Part shown: positions 36,817-50,100 of the stretch, piece by piece
Numbering within the stretch: position 1 is the stretch's first letter
How the letters are laid out: the number at the start of each line of letters is the position of its first letter
DNA from: Oikopleura dioica
Taxonomy: Eukaryota > Animalia > Chordata
Length of the DNA stretch: 64,000 nt
Assembly: GCA_907165135.1 (NCBI GenBank)
Contig: OU015568.1
Span: 12,586,001 to 12,650,000 of the forward strand
Direction of reading: 5' to 3'
Notes under the pieces: generated by a model
The model's input: the letters and a program-made list of their open reading frames with translations, nothing else
What the model was told of the DNA's origin: nothing
Database searches by the model: none
Position numbers and translations under genes: made by a program

Positions 36817-39800
36817 ATGAACACGGCCGACATTTCTAATGCTCTGGTAGGCTTATCAGCAGAAGAAATAGAAAACATAAAGAAGGTCCTTCAACGGGAC
36901 AAGGTACAAGTTATCAATGATATGATATGAGCGGATTTTTAAACCTTCTTTGCGTAGAAGATACGAACTAATGAAAGCATACGCGTCGGAAAAGTTAGCA
37001 GCCTCAGCTCGCAGGACTCATACAGCGGCTTGCCCATTGTTTCAGCAGACGATAGTTCTAATTCAACCATGCCCCGTAAGTAATTGTTATTCTGTAAATG
37101 GCAAACAAGATAAATGGCAGTAATATAGTTTTATTTAGTCCCTAGAGAGGCACAATTCTTCAAGAAAATGATTTGTAAAAATTTAATTAAAAAAATTTAG
37201 GAAACATTTCAACCATTCTTCATTATTTTAAACATTTCCCATGTCCCGTGTTTCTCCGATAATTCATGGTTTCTGTCTCTTAGTCCTATTAGATGAATAT
37301 AAATTTGCGTTAAATGAAGCTCGCCATGGGACCAAAATTGCGGCTCCACGAGCTCAGCGACTACTCTCGCTCGAACCGATAAGAAAGATGAGATTTTAAA
37401 TTGATCTTTATTGAAATAAAATCTATATTTTCGTTTTTCAGCAACCTCTGCAAGCAACAACAACAGTCAAGTATTTTCTGTGATAAATCCGAATCATGTG
37501 CCGAGTCAGTCTGTTGCAGCAAAGCCGAAGATAGTAACCGCAGGAAGAGCAAGCTCGATGAGGTCTCCTGCGAAAATTTCTTCTGCAGCGTCAGTCAGAG
37601 AAAGATTACGAATGCGCTCGACGGAAACTCTAACAGCTGATGACTTTCAAGTTCAAGTTCCTGCCCCAATGGAAGCTTTTCAAAGTTCACCGGCGAAAAA
37701 GCTCGAGAGCTTGAAAAGTTCTACATTGGAATCATCTGTCTCATCTGTCAGTAATCATACAAGGCTTACAGTAATGAGTCAAAATGGAAGCAAACAAAGT
37801 GAAGATGGCGACTCGCAAAACATCCAAGCAAGACCAATTCCAAAACCTCGATCAAGATCGCTTAGTCGAAAAACTTCAGCAAGTTCAAGGTATGAATGTA
37901 CCATTTTGATTTGAAACTAATCTTAGAAGATCAAAATCTGTGGATGTTTGGGAGCCAAAGATGGTTATTTATGCTACAGTGCCTCAAACATGTGATGGTA
38001 CGTTTTATATTACTAACATTATCGATTCTTTAAGGGATTATTTAAAACTCCAGAGGGGGATGCTGTTCTGACAAAAAGTTTTTTGCTTTCTTTTGCATAT
38101 TTAATCCGGTTTTGAACACAAATTAAGATGGAGAATTGCTACCACCAACGCCTGTTCCTCGAAAGACCGTATCAACGCAGCAAAACCAGAGCTCAGCAAA
38201 AGAAGTTTACCAGCGAAACAAGCAAGAATACACGAACGATATCTTCACCGAGCCAGTTTCTATCAACGTAATCACACGACAAGGAAAGGGGTTTCTTTGG
38301 ACCATAAAAAGCATGCTCGCATTAACCGCTGAATAATTTATGAGTAGAAAAGTACAGCACAGATCGATCTCCTTAACGAAGTTCGTCCGTTGAAAATCAC
38401 GCGAAATTCGTCATCAGAAAACTCTACGCCTAAACGACGTCTCAGCCGTCAATTAACGGTTGACGAAAGTGCGATGAACAGCAACAACGAGACGCGTATT
38501 GGCCAGCGTCTTCCAACGATGCAAAACTCTACCCCTAACAACCCGCATCAAGGACCGATGAAACATCATTATACCAGTAGTTTACCTGGATATAGGCAGC
38601 GACCGCCTGCACCGGTATGAAAACGAGATAGCACTTGGAGGTAATGATATGAACTTTTTCAGACCCAGAACATGAGCTTGCCTGCCGGTCGAGGATCCAT
38701 AGATCTAACCCAAAATCCTTACCGTCCGGAAGAAATCGTCAATTTACCAGCAGATCATCGACAAGGAAGCGCGCCAAAAGTTCGTCTGTCTAACCAATCC
38801 CCCATCTTATCCGAGGGACTTTCGGCGACATCTTCGACCCTTTTAGCTCATCAAAATTCAATAGATATGGAGCTCGATCCCGGATTGATGGCTTCGAATT
38901 CACCACGGTACTGAATATGTCTGCAAAGTGCGTCAGTGTATGAAATCTTCTAGGTCGATGATCCGAGGGACAAGTTCACCATCAGAAGATGATATCAATG
39001 TGCATAAGCGTCACCCGCGCCAATTCAGCAGACACCAAGCTTTGTTATGGGATGAAATTAATAAATAATCGACCCTTGCTCGGGTCGGCTTTCGCGACGA
39101 TTGGAAACCCATTTTCTTATTCGCGAGCCCATTTATATTCGCTTGAATAGACGTTCTTTAATTTTCCATCCTTTCATCAGTCTAGGCCGGGGAGTAGATG
39201 GACCACGAACTCACTCACGGACTCGTCTTCGATGAAACTGTCGCATTTAAACATGGCATCTGAATTCGACACTGACAGCTCACTATCATACAATTCAACA
39301 CCAAATATCGTCAAGTTAAAATTGGCTATTCGCGTCAAACCAGCGCCACAAGAGTATTCTATTCGATCTGGCTTGCCGGGGAATGGCAATCAGGTTAGAT
39401 TGAACCTGATCTAATTGGTTAAAAAGTGGTTCAGGTGAAACCCGCAGAATTGGAAATCTACATCGAAGCCGCGAGAAACCTCCCACTTGTCAACGAAAAA
39501 GAACCTTCTGCTTACGTCCGGGCTTCAGTGAGCCATCCAAAGTACGGACGAAAAACTGGGAAAACAGAAAGAATACGAAGCGACTGTAATCCAATCTGGC
39601 GGCAAACGATTGTTTACGACCGAATAAAACTTACAGAGCTCGAGGAAGCGATCATGACCGTGAGCATAATTCATAGACACCGGACGAGGAAAAAGCTACT
39701 AGCCGAAGTGGAGATTGGTGGCTTGCGTTCCAGTAGTAGCTCACAGGTAGAGTGCCGAAGAAGACATTATTAAAACAGATTTATAGCTCGCAAATGGACA

Positions 39801-39897
39801 AGTAGGAAACAACAGTAACCAAGAAATTCACCTCCGTCGTCAAGCCACAACAGAGACGGAATCGACCCAGGTAGATTCAATCAAGAAATTTGAGTGA
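36817..39897 (+). CDS. Synaptotagmin-like / Rab27-effector-like protein (SHD1-type helix, disordered middle, one C2 domain)
   Basis: LVGLSAEEIENIKKVLQRD..IR..E..RV at the N-terminus. C2 domain LEIYIEAARNLP...SAYVR...CNPIW. Confidence 0.7.
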
Positions 39898-39900
39898 TGC

Positions 39901-42900
39901 TCAATTTAGTTTGAGCAGTCGACGACGTCGATAGGCTCGCCGGAGACAGACCGCACGAAACTCATTTGGTCCTTGATGTTCAAAAACAAGGGCAAATGGG
40001 TCGACGCATGGATCAAGGTAAGATCTGCAGTATACAGTAGGCAACAGCTTAGAATGAAAATGAGTCTGACGTAAAGCTGAATAAAAAATAAACCTAGCAA
40101 TCTCAGCTCGATAGACTGAGAGTAATTTAGATGCAATATGAACTGACTTTTCTTTTTCAGTTAGCACCACCGAAGAAGCCTAAAATAAGTTATTTTTCCA
40201 TGTAAGAGTCCAAGACCGTTCACTGTTCAGAAATAAATTATTGAAGTTCCTGCCTTATAATCTCATGTTGTAACTTGTAAGTGATCAAACTTTCATTCCG
40301 TACAAAGGAGTACAGACAAGGCCCTGATCGTTGCAACCGAAACTTTTAAACTCTTGGAATGCTAGTGGATTATTAAGACGGATTAACATGTAATGTTAAT
40401 GCACCTGTGAGCCGTATTTTCGACGTTGAAATTTATTGGAAGGTTCTGTACTTGGTAGCTGTTTTGTGGTGCAGTAGGTATGGTCGAGAGCGAGTGCTTT
40501 TGTCATGTTGAGAACGAAATGGAAATAGTTTAGAAGAAAGATATGAAAGGTAAATTATGCTAGACAGAAATGCGGCAAAAATGAATTTTGTTAGGTAAAA
40601 GGACAGCAAGTCAGCTTCAAATTGAAAATATATAGAAGGAATTTTAGAAAGGCATTCATGAAGTAACAAGTTTCCGTCTCAGACCCAAGAGTCGCCATTT
40701 TTAGCCCGCTGGGGTCTGATCGTTTCTCCATCGTGGAGAACTTGCGGCTAAAAATGATAATTTTGATAATGATAGAACCCGAAGAGCTCACCTGAAAATG
40801 TGATTTCTTGAGACCAAGATCATTTTTGTACGATTTTCTCAGTTGCTTGATTTGCCACAAAGCTGACAGCACCTGATTCATTTGATAAAAGACTTGTTAT
40901 TATGAAAAATCTTAACCTGGCCGGCAACTTTGCGCATTTTGTCCGAATAATGCTTGGACTCATTGATCGCGCTGACTTTGAGTACGCCCTGATGTTCGAT
41001 GAATTTCTGAGCATTCTCCGAGTGGTATTCTACCAGCGTTTTTGCCAAGAATAACGCTGCTAATCCGATTTTGTCATCAACAGAGGCCTGTTCATGAAAA
41101 AATTATTAGTTCAAAAGTAAAGAGCAAGAAAATGAACCTGCTTGGCGTCGGGAATGTTTGCGCAGACTTCACCCATTCCGTATTTGCCAATGAGCTCCTT
41201 ATTCTTCAGATCGACGGCTAGGTTTCGCAAGGAGATGATCGCCGTGTTGGAGATCGTTCTACTTTCATCGGCGATCTTCTCGACAAGGAGAGGCAGCCCT
41301 TTTTCCTTACGAAAGTGAGCGCGCAGATAAGCAGAGGAATAATAGTTTTCGGACGTTAGATTCTGTACAATTCCGATTGAAGCTAAAATCAACAATGAGA
41401 GTTTGCAATTTGCGACTTGAACCCGTTTCAACTTCGAAAGGGCATTTGAGTATAATCCATTGCCTCAATAATCAATATTTGGTTGTCAAGAAGAAAGCCC
41501 AAACGCATGCATTAATAGTCAGAAACAGTAACTCAGATCTAGGTTAATTATTTAATCTTTTCTTATCCCTTTCGTTCCCCGAGACCTCTAAACTCCCATC
41601 GCCAGCAGCGGCGATTAATAATTTTAATCAATGAATATCTGAGTGACTCTCTTCATAATTAACCGTTGTTTACCTTCGATTGTTTGTGGGTTTTCCGATT
41701 GCATGATAAAATATACAAGAGGAGGTAAAATTGAGATCTGGATCAATCTTTCGACACCTTTGGCAGTGATATTGGGAGGTGGAACTCGCGGTTCCTGAAT
41801 AAGATTTTTGAAAGACTGTAATCTTAAAATACAATCACCTTGTAAGGGGCTTGGACAAGTCTTGGTCGCCAGAAACAGCCTTGTTTCTCAACAGTAAGCT
41901 GTGGAATGAACTCTTTTGATGAAGCTTCGCGATGGATCCGAAATGTCAGGTTTCTTCAACTGGTTGTCTTTATTGCATCAGACAGACTTTTTGACATGGA
42001 AAGAACAACCCTTTCCTGAGAGCACAGACAGTGCCTTCGACGCCTTTACAGTTGGCGTTTCCAACCACAGAGCTGACAATCTCAATGATGTCACAGAGTG
42101 AATCTGAAATTTTCCATAGATCGACGAGTATATCAATTATTGCGCTGACACTACGCTCTTTAATAATTTAAAACGAGTACGGACCTATGAGTCCATCAGC
42201 ATCGCGCAGGCGACGTCGGGCGGCGTCAGAATGCGACGAAAGGTTTCGCACGAGACCGGAACAATTCACAAAGCTCTGAAGTAGCCCACTTTGGCGGCTG
42301 TAGGCAGAGTGAAGACCGTTGTGGCGGAGTTCGGCAGCGTATGGAGCCAGGACGATTTGAACAACGTCGTTGATGACTTGGTCTAGGAGCGGTTGTTTCA
42401 GAGAGTGGTGTGATGAGAGATTCCACAATGTTCCAGTTACATGCACTCTTATCATTGGAACGTCTCTTCGTTGCCGGAGAACCTGATTTGTTTTTACTCA
42501 AAGCTCGCTTAGCAAAAATACCTTGAGAAGCGCAGAAATGCCTTCAAAATTCTTGATACTAATCTTGTTCTCATTACATCCGTAAGACGAATTTCTCAGA
42601 GCTCCTGCTGCATGCTCCAGCAGTTTATCAGACGAGTTTCTATCTTCTAGCACGCTTATGAGAACTTCAATTGCTCCAGCTTCTCGAACTAAATGTTTGT
42701 TTTCGGGATTGTTGTAGGTCAGGTGTTGGAGGTATGCAGCGGCATTGGTGGCTATACTGTCGTCCCCGTTTTCAAGAAGCTCGACAATGGCGGGAAGCGA
42801 TAGGTCCTTGAACTTTTCGACGGTTTGGACGCGGCCGAGCGTAGCAAGGCGACCGGACATGGAGCCGAACTGATTTGTCCGGTTGAGGCCGAGTGATGCC

Positions 42901-43160
42901 ATGGATGCACCTAAATCTGCCGAAGCTACTTCTAGCCCGCCCTGATAGGACTCGCCGGTGAATGATCCCATCGAGCGATTTTCCATGTACTCCTCGTATA
43001 CATCCCCTTCATATGGATCGTAGTACACGCCCACACTCTGTTTTAAAAGGATCAATGTTGCTTTCTCTTTCTCTGTCAGAAATCTTACCTGGGAATTGAT
43101 AGAAGACGGAGCATTGCCAATTCTTAGGATATTCTGTTGATTATGTTGGTGGGGGTCCAT
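39901..43160 (-). CDS. p120-catenin/delta-catenin/ARVCF-family armadillo protein; 3' exons uncertain
   Basis: NAAAYLQHLTY, AAGALRN, VTGTLWNLSSH, RRRLRDADGLI, KEKGLPLLVE and LRNLAVDLKNKELIGKYGM. Confidence 0.88.
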
Positions 43161-44007
43161 TTCATTCTGAGCCCGCTGAGCTGACTCTTTCGATTCGATC
43201 GAGAGTTTCTTTATTCGTTGCTCTCAGTGTCTATTCACAAGCGCAGTGCTGGTTATTCATCGTTTTCCCATAAAAATCCAGATCTGAAGATAAATCTCAC
43301 TCAATCTTGTGCTGACTCAAGCTGCCTGTCTTACAGTTTATCTATCTTTATTAAATAATTATAATCGATTGGGCAAAAATACTCTTTTGGGTAAGGTTAT
43401 ACATAGTTTGAGAGAGATAAATTGGATTGGAAGCAATTCGTATTTAGACGTCAATAGTTTTTTAACACTGACTTTACAGAAATGGGAAAATAGAATGATG
43501 ATGGTCCTTAGTACCGCTTGGCATCACTTTGATAATTGATAGGAGATAGTAAATTCGGATTTTTAAAATGAAAATAGCCCTAGCAAAAATTAAAAAAAGA
43601 TTGAAATCGCAAGGATTGAGTAAAACATGTACAGCTGTCACAGTAGTTAGAATCAAGCGGAAAGCTTTAGGGCTACGAAACTAGGGCAAGCTACGCAGAC
43701 CGAAACCGGAAAAAAACAGCGGGGGGATAAATCAGGCGATTCAATATGAAAAAAAAACGAGATTTTTAGAACTTTGATTTTTTAAAATTTTGACTTTTGT
43801 CGTTGTTGTTGTTCGAGAAGTGATAAAAGGCAAGAAAAGTGAACGTAAATGAACTTGGTTGTAGAAGTTTTCTATTGCTGAACGCTCATGAAGTGTGTAA
43901 ATGTTTGTTTTTGTTTTGCAGAGTTGTTTTTGTACAGAAAACAAATATGAGAAATAAAAGATACCCCAAAGAAAAAGAATGAAAATAGAATGGAAGCAGG
44001 GGTACTT

Positions 44008-47000
44008 TTATGCCGTAATCATGTCGTTGTCTTCATCAGAAGAGTCGTCTCTAAACTCCCCAGCAGATGCAGCTCCTCCGCTCTGAGCATTGCCAGAATC
44101 AAGGGCGGGCACATCATCATTGGTAAAATTTTGATACGAAACGACACTCGACGAGGCTTGGGATTTTCTGTAGTAATGGAAAGCCACGCCGCTAAGAAAA
44201 GAAACCGCCAATTCATCAAGAAAACATGTCGCTAATTTACCTCAACGCGCCAATTATCAAAACGCTGAATACGGTCCAGCCCTTGGAAGATTTACTTTTG
44301 CCTTCTGCTTCAATTTTTGCCGGCTCGTCTATGTCTTCAATGTCGAAATAATCACGCCACGACCTAAATAGTACCATAACTTATCGAGCTTTCTCAGTAG
44401 TCTTACGTTGAATCTTTCATTCCGTAGTCTTCTGGGACTTCCTGTTGTTTGGGGCACTTGGTGCTCAATTTGGTTTCTTGATGATGAAATTTTTCTTAAT
44501 AAAACGAAATGATAATTGGATATTATGATAAATCTACCTTTTTCGTTCTCAGACAGCTTTGATTCATCGCATTGATCGCCTGGTATTTTGATATATCCTT
44601 TGGAAATAATCTCTTCTTCCGTTTCACCGATGCAAATGTCTCGGTGTCCTGGGAAAAGATAGAACAGAAAGGTCGAGTATTCAACATACCAGATGATTTA
44701 AATGATGGATCAGGGATACAATCAGCTGAATCAGGATCTTTTCGATAGTAACCAAAGTCACAGAGATAGTCGTAGGCGGTGCATTTGCACTTGCTGAAGG
44801 TCTTCTGCGGTTCGTATCCTTTTCCGTTGTAGCAGACAGATTCCTTCTTGAGTTTCTTGTAGGTCGTCCTCTTTCCGAGCTGACAGCCTTCCTCTGATTC
44901 GCCTTTCAATTTAATATCTTCGTGAGCTTGCCAGTTTTCGTAGTCGTCATCGGTACAGGCTTTTCCCAAGATTGCCTTGAAATCGAAAGTGTAGACGACC
45001 CAGTTTTCTTCTTGCTCGTTCCAGCCCCAGATAGCAACGTCTGTTGATTTCTCCCCAGGCTCACCGACAAGTCCTGAGAAATTAGTGTATTTGAAGATAG
45101 CTGTCTTTGATTTGAGAATCTTGAAAATCGATGGATTACCTGTGATGTCAATCTTCTCTTCTGTGAATTTATAAGAATTCCAACATTGACCTTCATTAAA
45201 GCTGAATTTGATGGTGTCGATTTGTTCGTCATTAGTGACAGCCCAGATCACGGATCCAGAATCACCGATCAGCGTTCTTAAATAAACGATGTCACGAGTC
45301 ATCATTTGCCAGAACATTCGAATCATCGAATTTGACGATGCTTACTTGTGGGGTCCTTCCAAGGTTCTTCTCCAGGTGTAACCACCATCGCTGGAAGCGA
45401 ACACGTCGGGTTCATCGGTTGAAAGACCGTCTCCTACATTTCCGTGGCTGAAGATGAGGCCTGGCGCGTAATTAGTCGAGTATGGCATTTCTGGCACAGA
45501 CACACCCTTGATTTGGGAAAAGGCACAGTGAACCTGGAGGCGACAGAAGTCGTTTTCGTCTTTTGTGCAACCACAACCCCAATCGTTGCAGTTAGTTGGT
45601 TGACCTAGAGGATCCCAGGTTGCTCCCTTGTCGTAGGTAATACGAGTCTCGATTCCCTTGTCATCCTTGAGCTAGATAAAAGAATCAGAAGAAATAATAT
45701 AGGAGATAATCTTACGATGGATGTGAGATAGACGCCATTCATCGAGTCTACTTTCGCAAAGTCAGTTACATCATCTCCATTTGGATAAAGATTGTTGTCC
45801 AGTGATTTGCTGAAGACAGTTCCTGTATGATCCGAAACGTAAATCGCTCCTTTGCCAGTATCTCCTTCGTCATCGACGTGCATGAAGATCATGTTTTCCG
45901 AAGCATCGAGAATCGAGTAAAATTGCTCCGAATTAATGGCAGGAAGCTGGACCGCTCGGAAGTTATCGCCATGGTCGGTTGACACGTGCATGATTCTGCG
46001 TACATCATCGTCGCCTTCTGCCATGTATCGAACGGACACAAAGAGAAATTGCTCTTGAATGCCGAAGCTCCAGACATGTTCGGTGAGGGCTTCGCTCGTT
46101 TTACCATCATCTTTTGAACGATAAAGGGTCATTGAGAAGCGATCCCGGCGGCCCGATCCAAGAGGGTCGTGAGTGTAGTAGAAAATATCGTCATCTGAAG
46201 ATTTGGTTAGTAAAGGGTTATTGAAAGAAGTCAGTCTTACTTTTAGGGTCCCATTTGAAGGCAGAAGTCTTGCCAGAATCATGAACAGCCCGCCAGCTCT
46301 TACAGAAATCTGTAGTAATCCACAACTGTTGAGAAGTAGCATCCGTCGCCAAAATGTGAGATGCTTTTTTCGGGTGGAACTTCATCTGGCTTCCTGATAG
46401 CTCAAAGGGGACAGTCTGTCTGGTCCAGTGGACTCCTTCGTCTTCAGAAACGTAAATGTCGGATGTTTCGCCGAAGCCGAGAGGGTGGTTGTTGACGATG
46501 AGGATAACGTGGCTGGAATCGGCAGTGGCAGTGAGAGCACCACGCTTACGGCTGAAAATAAATATGAAAACGAAAAGATTAGAGTTGAGAAATTTACCGG
46601 ATGTATTCGTTTGAAATTTTGTCAGTGATTTCCTCGAAGTGTCTCCCGCCATTCGTCGATAAATAAAGCTTACTGGGATAAGCTACAAACGATTCGTACG
46701 TGGTAACTGCAAGAATGTGACCATTCTCGCCAGTCCAGACGAGAGATATGGAAGGATTTGTATCCTTGGGAATTGTGAAAGTGCTTACAACATTGTCTTC
46801 TTTGAATTTTGAGTCATTAAAATCTCCACATTTGTTAAAGCCGTCTTCTTCCTCTCTTCTGCTTCTCGATGTGCTTTCTTCTGATCGACGTTTGCGAACC
46901 GGAAGATTTTTTCGTTCAGGTCTATCGAGCGTCCGAACTCGCGAAAGATGATCCGGTTGGAGATGTGAGAGGTCGAGGCGATCTTCCCGAAATCCGATTA

Positions 47001-47034
47001 CAGAGCTGACTCCAAGAAGGAGAAACAGCTTCAT
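44008..47034 (-). CDS. SORT1: Sortilin (VPS10-domain sorting receptor)
   Basis: Signal peptide and RKRR furin site. Asp-box repeats (YLSTNGGRHF, YRSKDDGKT, TYDKGATW), 10CC domain DYLCDFGYYR, TM, and a short tail with YQNF and acidic DDSSDED. Confidence 0.93.
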
Positions 47035-47110
47035 TCTACAAGAAATACGTTCATAGATGGCTCAAAAGTGTTAAATGTTGATGTTCAGTTTTTTTTCTAC
47101 ACTCAATTAA

Positions 47111-50100
47111 TCAATTCACAAGTCGCTCAATAATACGTTCAATATGATTAAAGTGCGAGGGGAGAACCCATTCACGTAAACATTCCAAAATTTCGCCTCT
47201 GCTCTCTTCGACATTTATCTTTTCGACAAAAGCCGAGCGAGATGTCAACCCATGGATGCTGAAACATCTGATCAGATTCGTTGTTCTTTCGTGCAAATTC
47301 GCCCAGGTTCGTAATAACACTAAAAATTGTTGAATATGAAAATACATCAGAAGAGCGCCCTAGGCGAAAAGACTGTCATACTGTCAAAATAAAGAATTTC
47401 ATTCATTGTTAATTACCTGCAGGCGGAGATAACCAAAACGATTTCATCTTCAAAAACGCTGGAAACACTTCTCCCGTCAACAAACAATGCGCAAAACATC
47501 TCAACAAAGTCTCATCTTCCCCGGTTAGCTGCCTCCAGTGCTCCCCAAGAGGCGTATTCGTCGCTGTATAGTAGCAAGTGTACAGTGCCTCGATTTCGCC
47601 AGAAGTGGAGTTGTATTTTGGAGTGTTGTTTTTGTTTCGATTGAAGGTAACGTACTCAGGAACGATGTGAACGATTTGCTCCGCCGTAACTTGGTGGCAG
47701 CATTTTAAATAGGTGTTGCCCTTCTGGTTCTCTAGCTTTTCTTGGTAGCAAATTATCTAAACAAAAAATAAATAAGGATCTTCTTTGGAAACCCTTACGT
47801 TTGGTCGTTTCTTTGCCAAAACACTTGTCGGATAAATCTTCCCTTTCTCCCCGGTGGGTAATTTATACTCACCCTCTTCAGTATGGAAAGCGATCTGGTC
47901 TCCGAATCCGGACAGAAAGAGCTCGCAGAGAAGAGTACACTCCTTTGCGCTAGGTTGAGGAAGTTCTCTTTCCACTAGCACTTTCTCTTCCTCATCATTC
48001 GTCAGCATTTGCCTTACGACGTGCGTAATCAATCTTCGCAACTTTCTGACTTCCTTCAATCCCTGTGACCGAACTCCAATCGTCGAAATAAACCCTTCTG
48101 GGTCTTTGGAACTTTCAGAAGCTCCGATAACAGACAAAAGAATGAGAAGATCGCCTAATTGCGATTTGGTTGCATCGGCCCAGAGCTCCTTTAGCGCCTT
48201 CATTCTGTCATTATTTGCATCAACTAGTTCTCTGACTGTGCAAGCGGCGACAATGGCAATCGCGAATTTGAGTAAGTTTTGTTGAGATGAGAGCGATAGA
48301 ATTCGGCCGAAACGGGGAGATACTGGAAACGCGTTCATTGTTTTACCCAGAGGAGTAATGTTTCCTGAAAAATGAATGGTCAAATGAGCAGCGGCCGAAA
48401 CTATTTTCACTTATGTCCTCTTTTTTGGCAAAAACATTTCGGCAAGCTGCCGAAACTTTTTTCGTATTTTACTTCGGTTTTTGTAAAAATGTTTCGGCAC
48501 ACAAACTGAACTGGAAATCTCAATGTTCATCGGCATCAATCAAACATTCCTCACTCCTCATCCTCTTCTCATCCAGGCTATCAGGAGAAAATTATCATGT
48601 CTTGGTGCGTAGATTTGAATTCAATGACCATGAAAGATGATATGAGCAGAAAGTATTTAATCTAATTGCCCCTTACCACGGGGCTTCGCCCCTTAGGTCC
48701 TAAAATGCCGGGGTCTAGTCTAGGGTTAGTTAGGGTTACCTCGGGAGATTTGTTCCGTCATTTTGCAGGTGCCCCCTAACCCTAACCTTTATTTTAGCAA
48801 GTACCAGAATTTTGATTAATTTTCTTTTGGAGAAAAGTCTTAGTGAGTTAGCTTGGGTTTCTGAAATAGGGTTCGTCAATTTTTGCAAAATGAAGAATGA
48901 ATCTCCAGAAATACATCGTCTGAATATCAGAACTGATAGTAACACGAGATTTTGGAGGTGACAAATTGATAAGGACCATTTATTTGATGCGCATACCGTC
49001 GCGAATCAGGATGAGAATGGAAAAGCCTGCCGAAATTTTTTTGCTCTAAAGACGGTTAATTCTGATTTTCGTTTCGGCTCGTGCCGAAATGTTTTGCCAG
49101 AAAAATGAGTGGAATTTGTATTAATATTTCGGCAGGCTGCCGAAACATTTATCACATTAAAGCCATTCAAAGTGATTTCTGTTTCGGTCGCCTTTGCCGA
49201 AACTTTTATCCGTACTAACAGGTTTTTTTTAAGACTGCTCCTCAACTGTGGAGCGGTTTTGAGTATCTTAGAGTCGAAATATTTCAATTATCTCTTTTGC
49301 AGCAAGTAGGGGAGGGTCCATAGTGTGTTAAATAAGCTTTTGGTGGTTTGATCTAAATCGGTGGTGGAGCAATGACGTCATCATTCCGTAATTCTGGCTA
49401 TTTTATAGACGGCAAACAAAAATTGAAAAGTGGTAAAAAGCAATATACTTTTGTTCTAATCGAGCAGAGGTCTTCCGCACATCAGTAAAAAGTATTTCGG
49501 ATTATTTTTGGAGTCATCACCAAAGTTGGTGGTGGAGAAATGACGTCATCGTCAATTTTTCCTATGCTTTTAGTGTATTTTTGACTATCTGGTTACTCCA
49601 CCACCACTGATGGTGCTGACACCAAATCCTTATTTAACACACTACAGTGCTTCTCTAACAAGGTCCAAAAGAGAGATTCAAAATATCTCGACTCTAAGGC
49701 ACTCAAAACCGCTCCACAGTTGAGGAGCAGTCTTAAAAAAAACCTGTTACTACGCTTGATTCATTCTAGCAAATTCGTAGAAAAAATGACTGATCGTTAT
49801 TTGAAAAGTGGATTGCCGGAAATCAAGGCTGACGGGAAAATATTTCTGAGGTGATTTTTTTTCTTTGATTGCTTACCAGAAATTTGTCTCTTTGACGGCC
49901 TCTTGAGAGCGCCCAGCTTGACACAAAGTTTTTCTGCCTTGGTAAGCGCTTCTTCGTCTGGCAACGTAACAAATGGAAAATTCTTGATCTCCTCGATTCC
50001 GAACGCCTTCATGCCTAGAACAAGATCGTCCAATGGCTTCATAGTGATTTCTGGCGGAGGAAATTTAGCGAAATCTTGGAACACGGCGGAAGAGTAAAGT

